This document shows, piece after piece, positions 56,077-64,000 of a DNA stretch of 64,000 bases. The stretch comes from Octopus vulgaris. Taxonomy: Eukaryota. Position 1 is the stretch's first letter, and each line of letters starts with the position of its first letter. The stretch is taken from NCBI GenBank assembly GCA_951406725.2, contig OX597818.1, positions 22,196,001-22,260,000 on the forward strand, read 5' to 3'. The notes under the pieces are model-generated. The model was not told the origin of the DNA and made no database searches. It was given only the letters and a program-made list of their open reading frames with translations. The translations under genes and the position numbers were made by a program.

Positions 56077-56169
56077 TATTTCATTCTACACGTGTTTCGA
56101 AAGGCACAATTTACCAAAATCCGATTGAATAATGGGACCATATTGTGTCTTTCTCTTCAGGAAGAAATA
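56077..56169 (-). ncRNA. Type I hammerhead ribozyme in the PLE 3' region
   Basis: Stem I UAUUUC-UUC / GAA-U-GAAAUA; core CUGAAGA; stem II GAAAGACACAAU/AUUGUGCCUUUC; GAAA; palindromic stem III ACACGUGU; GUA cleavage site (56087/56086). Confidence 0.88.
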
Positions 56170-56743
56170 GGAAATCCGTTGGAAAAAACAAAAACAGAAC
56201 AGAGGCGGAGCAAAAGAAATCGAACTAGGCTCCTAGGAGCCCATGGCGAAACTGTTTATCAGTGTATGTTGAGAACCGGTGGCTGAAGAATTTAACGGGT
56301 CAGGCATCGGTCAATCATGTGGGTGAGGGTGTGTAGATGTTCTTTGTGACCGAGAATAAAGTTCTGACTATTTAAGGAATATTGGATGTTTTATAAGGGG
56401 CGAGAAAAAATCTACTTAGAGACGTGTGTGTGTATACTGTTCTATATATGTGTGTGCTGGCGTAGGGGTAGAAAACATTTTTTGTGTGTGCGTTTGATCG
56501 TTCGGCTGTCAGTGGCTACTGCAGTGAGAACCGTTGGGTGGCAGAAAAAAAAAATATTATGTTTTATGTGTGTGTGTGTTCATCTAAGCCTGCCTTGTCA
56601 AGGAAAACCCCCCGTTGTGAAAAAACCAAGCCCCGTTTATCTTACAGGAGTAATTCCCCTTGCAGTGGTTAATGGTAGATATCTTAAAGGCTATTTCAGA
56701 ATTTGTTACCAAGGGCTATGGGTGCCGGTATTATTTATAAACG

Positions 56744-57841
56744 CTATTTAAAAGCCAGATAAGTGTAACGCCGCCAATGGGGGCATCGAAAAGCCGACTG
56801 TAAAAGCCCGTTTACCATCCGGCCTCTGGCAAACAAAATATGGAAGAGTTCGGAGACACAAAGGTTGCACTGCCTTCTGCCCCTATCAAATGAGAGGGCC
56901 ACCGACAAAATTGACCATTCCAGCCTGTAGCTTAAGTTCATATCCTTCAGTCGCCATATTAGCTTACTGAGTCCCGTGGTCTGGCGCTTGTTCATGTCCC
57001 GAAAAGTTGCGTAATGGTTGGAGACTTGCAAAGACAATCTTGAGGATGAGGCCCCTACATAAGTGAAGACATGTGAGTCCGTGTAAACCTTGCATTGGTA
57101 GACGGCGTTTTTGATCTTGGAGTTCGCCGACGTGAATCTTATTCTGCTAGGATTAGTTTCTGAAATTAGAACTGCGTTCCTGTCACTATATTCGTTCCGA
57201 GACCTGCAGCCGCTTACTACTCTATTTTCCACTACGTCACTATTAACTATAGGAATAACCCCTGATTCTCCACTATCTATCAGAGTGCTGTCATTGCTAT
57301 TGCGGGAAATGATGCTGGGGATGCTATTGGGGCTCTCTACCCTACTCCCATTGTTACCGTCAACCACAACACCCCTATTTATAACTATACCCCTAGTGGG
57401 TACTCCCTGGCTGGAGCTGAGATTATGTGTCACTGTACTGGCTCTCATATCATTATTACTACTATAATTATTCCTACTGAGCATTAAACCGGGAGCGGAA
57501 GAGGCTGTGCCTCCGGAAAAAGGTGATAGGGTCTTAGTAAGTAGCCTATTATTATGGGAGGCGATTATCTGGGCGAGGTTTTTAGTGTTGGAGAAAGCTA
57601 TCCTAACTTTATGCGAGTTAACCGTGGAGTAATATTTGGAATTTCTGGGGAAGTTATTGGCGATGGCTTGTCTAAACATGAGGGGGAGGTTAGTTCTAAT
57701 CTGCTTACCAAAGGGGATTACAAACCATATATGCTTATTCCTATCAGTGTGATGGGTCGGGACGCCAGCTCTCGCATTCGGGTGGGTGATTCTCGGATGA
57801 ATAACGGGTCTTGGGTTAGTGTAAGACCTCCGGACCGATAA
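56744..57841 (-). CDS. PLE linker and GIY-YIG endonuclease (second reading frame)
   Basis: Frame opens at 57841: LSVRRSYTNPRP...DRNKHIWFVIPFGKQIRTNLPLMFRQ...NAVYQCKV...YVG...LSKLIWRLKD...CNLCVSE...CPH. Confidence 0.85.
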   Translation of the reverse strand, partial: LSVRRSYTNPRPVIHPRITHPNARAGVPTHHTDRNKHIWFVIPFGKQIRTNLPLMFRQAIANNFPRNSKYYSTVNSHKVRIAFSNTKNLAQIIASHNNRLLTKTLSPFSGGTASSAPGLMLSRNNYSSNNDMRASTVTHNLSSSQGVPTRGIVINRGVVVDGNNGSRVESPNSIPSIISRNSNDSTLIDSGESGVIPIVNSDVVENRVVSGCRSRNEYSDRNAVLISETNPSRIRFTSANSKIKNAVYQCKVYTDSHVFTYVGASSSRLSLQVSNHYATFRDMNKRQTTGLSKLIWRLKDMNLSYRLEWSILSVALSFDRGRRQCNLCVSELFHILFARGRMVNGLLQSAFRCPHWRRYTYLAFK

Positions 57842-59197
57842 TTATCCTTGTTCGCTAAATTAAATGCGGGAGCGACTACCCCGGCATCCGCCGCGCTCCC
57901 GTCCTTACTTAAATTGTTAATGTTATTATATACGGCCCTATCCTGATGACCGAATGATGGCATCGGAAGGGCCGGATCAATATAAATTACCTTCTGCCTA
58001 TAACCGGCCTTGGATAGTGCGGCGTTATAAAATTCCGCTTTCTGCATAAAAATATCGGCACTGGCGGACAAGCCAGACAATCTTAGAGAGATGTTTTTAA
58101 CCAAATTGTCTGTTACGGTTTTGGCATGATTTGAGAAGACACTGACATACTTCAAATTAGTGGAAGGCTTATGGTAAGGGCAGTATGAGTCGCTATTAAG
58201 GTTAAGTGTAACGTCTAGGAAATTAGCCTTGGTGAGTTCATTATCAAAAACTATACTCATGCCCATTCTATTAAAAAACCTAGCTAACCTGCTCTTAGTT
58301 TTCTGCACTATTCTGTTCGTGGTGTTTTGCAGGTAAAACAGACAATCGTCACGATACAGGCCGCCCGCGATCTCCGGGAATTGGTCGGACAATTCGTAGA
58401 GAATATATATTCCAACCAAATCGGCTATCTGCGCACTATCCGAACTACCCATAGGCACATCAAATTCATTGGGAGTATCTTTACGGATCCACAACTTATT
58501 ATCAAACTTAATAAACGATTTCCTGGCAACTAAAATGATATCTATCTCTTCTCTGGTGAGGCCAGCCTTGTTGTGAGCATGCCAGAGGGCCTTATTTAGC
58601 ATACTAGGGTTAATCGAGGGGTAGAAGCTGGCGATATCAAACTGAATGAACCTAGTACGGTTCTTATTGGGGATGGAAGAGAACCACTTCACTACCTGCG
58701 AGGAGTTGGCCCAGAGGCTGAGCTTCAGCTTGTTTACTAAACTAGGGATATATTTATCTAAAATGTACTTACTGATTATCCCGATATCAGATCTAGCAGG
58801 GCATATGAGTCTTAGCGCTGGGTTGGTGTGGAAGTTCGGTTTATGGTCCTTCACTATAAATCTGGGTTGCTTAGGGCTAAGCGGCTGAGTTCTCATTTGA
58901 ATTCGGTGTTTAAATATTATTTCCTTAATTTCCAAGTTTACCTTCCTCAGGGTACTCCAATTGGTTTTTCTATAATTTTTCTTGATCTCTTTACCGAGTA
59001 AATCTAGGTACTGCTTAATGGGCATCTTGTATGTGTTCCTGGTCTTGTCGGACTGGACCAGGACTCCGTCCGTTCTATTAATGTCCTTGGTAATTTTATC
59101 TAGGTATCTGAGGTGGGCATTTCTCCTGGGTGACTTCCTGAACTTGATCTTTCTAACTATGTCCCACAAGTCGTCCTCAAACTTCTTCAGTCTTGGG

Positions 59198-59198
<1 letters not shown>
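57718..59198 (-). CDS. PLE reverse transcriptase domain (N-terminally truncated, frameshifted before the endonuclease)
   Basis: Uninterrupted frame from NPRLKKFEDDLW through YRDD to the thumb region. The upstream part of the tracked ORF is (TA)n read-through. Confidence 0.88.
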
Positions 59199-59278
<80 letters not shown>

Positions 59279-59280
<2 letters not shown>

Positions 59281-59504
59281 GGAGTAAACATAAATGTGAA
59301 ACAAGGTGGAAAAAAGAGTACCCAAATACCAGTGGTAGAGTAATATGCTTTATTTAAAGCTGCAGAAAATTCAACAAAACCTGTTACTCTGAGTTTCTCG
59401 TTGCCGTTCATCGGACAGTTTTTGCTAGAAAAAACTGTCCGATGAACGGCAACGAGAAACTCAGAGTAACAGGTTTTGTTGAATTTTCTGCTGCTTTAAA
59501 TAAA

Positions 59505-59505
<1 letters not shown>
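59279..59505. mobile_element. (TA)n-flanked PLE-end-like element with a 76-bp near-perfect palindrome containing two CCGAUGA hammerhead-like folds
   Basis: Arms 59348-59423 and 59430-59505 with one mismatch and a 6-nt spacer. Confidence 0.8.
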
Positions 59506-59557
<52 letters not shown>

Positions 59558-59840
59558 CATACATATCACACCTTTACCTTCGAAAAGCGGAGTAGATGAA
59601 TCAGAGGCGGCTGAAGAAGGGGAATTTTCCTGTGTTGCATATCTTGTACTCTATTTTTTCGTTGTTTAAGAAAAATGTCCATTTCCTTGGTTTTGTGTTT
59701 ATGTTTTCTTTTCTCGTTGTGTTCGACGTTTTTTTTTTTGGTGTCCTGTACCCATATATGCATGTATATATACATATAGATGTAGGTACGTACATATATG
59801 TATGTATATATGCATATGTTTTATTTATTAATTTGTTATT

Positions 59841-60215
59841 ATGCGCAGGAGTGGCTGTGTGGTAAGTAGCTTGCTTACCAACCACAGTCTTGGGCAAGTG
59901 TCTTCTATTATAGCCTCGGGCCGACCAAAGCCTTGTGAGTGTATTTGGTAGACGGAAACTGAAAGAAGCCCGTTGTATATATGTATATATATATATATGT
60001 GTGTGTGTATGTTTGTGTGTCTGTGTTTGTCCCCCTAGCATTGCTTGACAACCGATGCTGGTGTGTTTACGTCGCCGTCACTTAGCGGTTCGGCAAAAGA
60101 GACCGATAGAATAAGTACTGGGCTTACAAAGAATAAGTCCCGGGGTCGATTTGCTCGACTAAAGGCGGTGCTCCAGCATGGCCGCAGTCAAATGACTGAA
60201 ACAAGTAAAAGAGAG
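59841..60215 (+). mobile_element. CORE-like tRNA-derived SINE with internal (TA/TG)n
   Basis: gcgcaggagtggctgtgtggtaag head, cttgggcaagtgtc, tail gactgaaacaagtaaaagag. Confidence 0.88.
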
Positions 60216-60513
60216 TATATATAAACGTGTGTGTGTGTGCGCGCGAGCGCGTAGGCACTATGTAGCCAAATGGCTACGAAGTTCGCTTTGCAGCCACGGA
60301 TACCCTTGGTCGATTCCATACATACTGCTGAGCATCTTAAGCAGGTTTCTTTTTTTGTTTTTCTTTTAATAGCTTCAAATTCTTTACATGAGAAACCGAC
60401 CAGGACGATTGAAAATTTCGTTAATGAACGTTCGCCCACTGACATGATTCAGTTGATTGAGCTGAGTCCTCATCGGATAAAACGCATCCACCACATTATA
60501 TATGTGCGTTTGT

Positions 60514-60544
<31 letters not shown>

Positions 60545-60732
60545 AGATTTAAGATCAGGCAGGTTGGCGATAGAAGGTAAACGGGAAAGAAAAGTTAGTT
60601 AAATACTTTGAAGTAAATTGGTGTGATACAAATCAATAACAGTACACAGTAAAACCCAGGAAGGTGATTATGCAAACATGTATACACCCATATTTCTCTC
60701 TCTCTCAAATATATGTGTGTGTGTGTGTGTGT

Positions 60733-61030
60733 GGAGGCGCAATGGCCCACTGGTTAGGTCAGCGGACTCGCGGTCGTAGGATCGAGATTTCGATTCCCAG
60801 ATCGGGCGTTGTGAGTGTTTATTGAGCGAAAGGACCTAAAGCTCCACGAGGCTCTGGCAGGGGGTAGTGACGATCCCTGCTGTACTCTTTCGCCACAACT
60901 TTCTCTCACTCTTTCTTCTGTTGGCCTGCTCGCTTAGCGGGGTGGCGTAATTTGAAGGCTAAAACAATGCGAAGCGCATTGTGACCAGCGATGTGTAGCA
61001 ACATCTGATAGCCTGGTCTGTCATGTGATC
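60733..61030 (+). mobile_element. tRNA-derived SINE, further family, inserted in microsatellite
   Basis: A box TGGCCCACTGG and B-box-like TTTCGATTCCC. Confidence 0.8.
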
Positions 61031-61208
61031 TATATATATGTACATACATACATGTGTGTGTGCATATGCATTCAACAAATCATGAAAAGGTCTGCGAGAA
61101 GACTCCTTCTCTTTCTCTTGTACAGCAAGGATATTTAAAAAAATCGTTTACATTCTTATTTAATCCACGGTGACTATTTATATTTAAATTTGGTCGTGGA
61201 TATAACAT

Positions 61209-61209
61209 C

Positions 61210-61291
<82 letters not shown>
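61209..61291. repeat. (TCTA)n microsatellite
   Basis: Directly visible. Confidence 0.95.
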
Positions 61292-61417
61292 CAACTATCT
61301 ATCCACAAACATACATATATGCATACATACAAATATACATACATGCATACAAACGTTTCATTAACATAAAGTGATTATTAATTACATAATGTAAATTATG
61401 TGAAAATTTGACATTAA

Positions 61418-61638
61418 CCCTTTTGTCTCCATATTTCTGTTGAGATGCTTTGTGTTTCTCTCAATTATTTAAAAAATAACAAAGAATTTAGTAAAATAAC
61501 TTAGTTATCATTAAGCTAAAGTTAGGAACATTAATTGTGACTGAGGTTTGGTGGAAGATTTTCATTCAAAACTTATGAAAACAAGACATTTGTACTACAG
61601 AGCCAGAGGCGATTTCAGCCAGGCTGGTAACAAAAAGG
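61418..61638. mobile_element. piggyBac-type MITE
   Basis: TTAA on both sides (61414-61417, 61639-61642); imperfect TIRs CCCTTTTGTCTCCA / TGGTAACAAAAAGG. Confidence 0.7.
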
Positions 61639-61864
61639 TTAAGTTTTAATTACGTAATACACATTGTGTGACTAATAGTAACCCTGTGTTAATGAAATGT
61701 ACGTAAGATGATCTTATAAGCAATCTCTCACGTTTTTGTTTTTCGTACTTCTACACGTACACTGAGAAACAACCAAACTCTGGATTCTTAAATGATAACG
61801 TGCGTGCGCGCGCACAATGTACATATGTGTGTGTTTATATATATATAGTATTATATATCCATCA

Positions 61865-61958
61865 CGGCTGATCTTACCAATCGGTTTCTCGCAAGGAATT
61901 CAAAGGACAGTTAGGTAACAATCCAATTATATAACCTTACGCTCATCAGAGTTAGCCG
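61865..61958 (-). ncRNA. Hammerhead-like fold
   Basis: CGGCUaacu-CUGAUGA-G-CGUAAGG...CCUUGCG-A-GAAA-CCGAUUGG-UA-agaucAGCCG, adjacent to TA repeats. Confidence 0.7.
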
Positions 61959-62782
61959 ATATGGAAGGGGATATGGCGACTGCTAAGGCGATTCGCGCAC
62001 GTATGTGTCTGTGTATGTATACATATATATATATATATATATACATACTCACACATACATACGTACGTACATACATACAAACATGCATACATACATACAT
62101 ATGTGCGTGTGTGTTTATATGTATGTATGTATGCATGCAGGACTGGCACTTTGGCAGTCACCCGGGGCGCCAGCAACCCTAAATCGGCCTTGTATGTATG
62201 TATGTAGAATCTCTGCTTTGTTCCAGTCGTTGCTCAACGGCCTTGCTGGGGCCCCGCCTTGAGAAGTTTAATTGAACAAATCAATCCCACTACTTATTTG
62301 TTTCATGCCTGGAACTTATTCTGTCCGTCTCTTTAGCTGATTCGCTAAGTTACATAAAGAAACCTATTCCAGTCGTCAAGCGGTTGGGGATACACACACA
62401 CACCCATCCATCTAAACAAACAAACAAATAAACAAACATAGACATACACAACTTCTCACTTTTACCGCCTTTCCTAGACGTCTTTAACGCCATAGTTCTC
62501 GTCTTACAGTTCAAGGGGCATAAATGTAAAAGGAAATAGTGTTTATTTTGGAATAGTTTCCCCTTCCGGTAATATGACTTTGTTGCTCTTGTGTAGTTTA
62601 TCAAAATCCGTCATGTATATACTCACGTATAAGCAATATGCTGTGTAGCATGTTACAGTTCACTTATTTGTAAATTATCGGTAAATAATGCCATCACATT
62701 TTATGAAAACGGCGGTACCTATTTAAGTATCGAATTGGAAACCTGAGTTACCTCCCCTATCTTTATCGCAAGAAAGTAGTTT

Positions 62783-63168
62783 CAAATTTTGCTACAAAGG
62801 CAACCATGTTGGGAGGAGGGGATAAGTTGATTACATCGACTCCAGTGATTCACTGGTACTTAACCCATTAAGTCCCACTGTCCTATAAATAGGACATTAA
62901 ATGAGAACATTAAATAAGCTATACCACATTGTCTCAGATTTTTTTAAAAAATTTTTTATTTTAACCTATTTTCAATCATTTGTAAAAATTTGAAAGTAAT
63001 ATTCAGAAATTTAAGTACTCTGGGACTTAATGGGTTAATTTATCGACCCCCAAAAGGATGAAAGGCAATGTCGACCTGGACGGTATTTGAACTCAGATTT
63101 TAATGACGGGCGAAATACTGATAAGCATTTCACCCGGCGTGCTAACGATTCTGCCGGTTCGCCACCTT
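62783..63168 (-). mobile_element. Meta-like SINE split by the MITE
   Basis: Rejoined flanks read actggtacTTAAtttatcgacccc, the reverse complement of the SINE core. Confidence 0.85.
62864..63034. mobile_element. piggyBac-type MITE (171 bp) inserted into a SINE
   Basis: Perfect 14-bp TIR CCCATTAAGTCCCA; TTAA TSD at 62860-62863 and 63035-63038. Confidence 0.9.
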
Positions 63169-63449
63169 AGAAAATGCTAAATAATGATTTTTTAATATTG
63201 TTCAACTACACGTCCTGATCAAAAGTGTTACAGCTCTGAGCATCCCGTCTCTTGATGGGGATGTCTGCGAGACATGATGTAATATTATTCCCTTAAAAAA
63301 TAAAATGGCACAGTGTGATTCAAGGAAGATTTGGTTGCCAATTCTTAGGCCGCATCTTCCAATTTCTTCTTCTTCTTCTCTTCTTCTTCTTCTTCTTCTT
63401 CTTCTTCTTCTTCTTCTTCTTTCTTCTCTTCTTTGTGAACTGTCTCTAA

Positions 63450-63650
63450 GGCAGCAAGCTAAGGCAGAAACAGCACGCCAGGCAAAATGCTTAGCAGTAT
63501 TTCCTCAGCCGCTATGTTCTGAGTTCAAATTCCGCCGAGGTCAACTTTGTCTTTCATCCTTTCAGGGTCAATAAATTAAATACCAGGGGTCAATGGGATC
63601 GACTTACCCCATCCCCCAAAATTTCAGGCCTTGCGCCTGTAATAGAAAGG

Positions 63651-63651
<1 letters not shown>
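63450..63651 (+). mobile_element. Meta-like SINE with (ATT)n tail
   Basis: ctgagttcaaattccgccgaggtcaactttg...ggccttgcgcc. Confidence 0.82.
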
Positions 63652-63680
<29 letters not shown>

Positions 63681-63683
<3 letters not shown>

Positions 63684-64000
63684 TAGTATATTTTTTATAG
63701 CGTGCTTTCACTTCACTACTGAGCGAAGCTCTGTGTGCCTTGGATATGTGCTGTGATTTGTTGTGATGCTTTGATGGTTATTGTATGGAAAGTGTTCTGC
63801 GTAGGATGTGTGCAGTGCCTAGTAGTGCAATTTTCTGTATGTTATATGTGTTTGTAAGTCCTGGTGTTTTTGTTATGTATTTTTCTGAATATTTTTTTAT
63901 CATGCCTAATGCACCTATTATGATAGGAATTGTTTCTGTTTTTAGATTCCACATTCTGGTTACCTCTATATCCAGGTCTTTGTATTTTGAAAGTTTCTCC
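63681..64000 (-). mobile_element. R4/Dong-clade LINE 3' end (RLE C-terminus, CDS 64000-63778), continues beyond the window
   Basis: EKLSKYKDLDIEVTRMWNLKTETIPIIIGALG...IQKIALLGTAHILRRTLSIQ*; ends in (TAA)n. Confidence 0.88.

Larger units (their letters stand above)
56019..59198 (-). mobile_element. Penelope-like retroelement (C-terminal GIY-YIG type, Hydra-clade-like), 5'-truncated, inserted in (TA)n
   Basis: RT motifs QFDIASFYPSI, PMGSSDSAQIADL, GLYRDD, FLDVTL, PYHKP; GIY-YIG AVY...YVG with C-terminal CNLC...CPH. (TA)n on both sides (55999-56018, 59199-59278) and a hammerhead in the 3' region. Confidence 0.92.

Noticed and set aside
59199-59325. N-terminus MGTLF...IYIYIY of the 535-aa tracked ORF
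   Set aside because: TTG start in a neighbouring element and read-through of (TA)n; not part of the RT.
59566-59760. TA-flanked segment with ccttcGAAA...gta and a later CTGAAGA, resembling hammerhead parts
   Set aside because: Stems I and III cannot be formed convincingly; at most a truncated remnant.
60733-60810. tRNA-like sequences with A/B boxes here and at other SINE heads
   Set aside because: No complete cloverleaf; they continue into SINE bodies, so they are not tRNA genes.

Overview
AT-rich, microsatellite-dense animal genomic DNA; the SINE/LINE complement suggests an octopus-like cephalopod (inference). One host gene is well supported: a + strand TMEM180/MFSD13A-like MFS membrane protein with four coding exons (25246-26124, 27806-27960, 33313-33396, 37663-37939; 464 aa). 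The rest is mostly transposon debris: tRNA-derived SINEs, RTE, CR1, CRE-like and R4/Dong LINEs, Gypsy, Tc1/mariner, a Helitron and piggyBac MITEs. There is also a nearly intact Penelope-like element (PLE; RT plus GIY-YIG) at 56019-59198. The main signal is a set of about seven unrelated type I hammerhead-ribozyme (HHR) folds, mostly in short elements beside (TA)n repeats and often in palindromes. Several have non-canonical catalytic cores: a G3:C8 swap (GUGAACA), A3/A8 (AUGAUAA, in a ~245-nt multi-hairpin retrozyme-like unit) and C4 (CCGAUGA). All folds were derived by eye and none is shown to be active.
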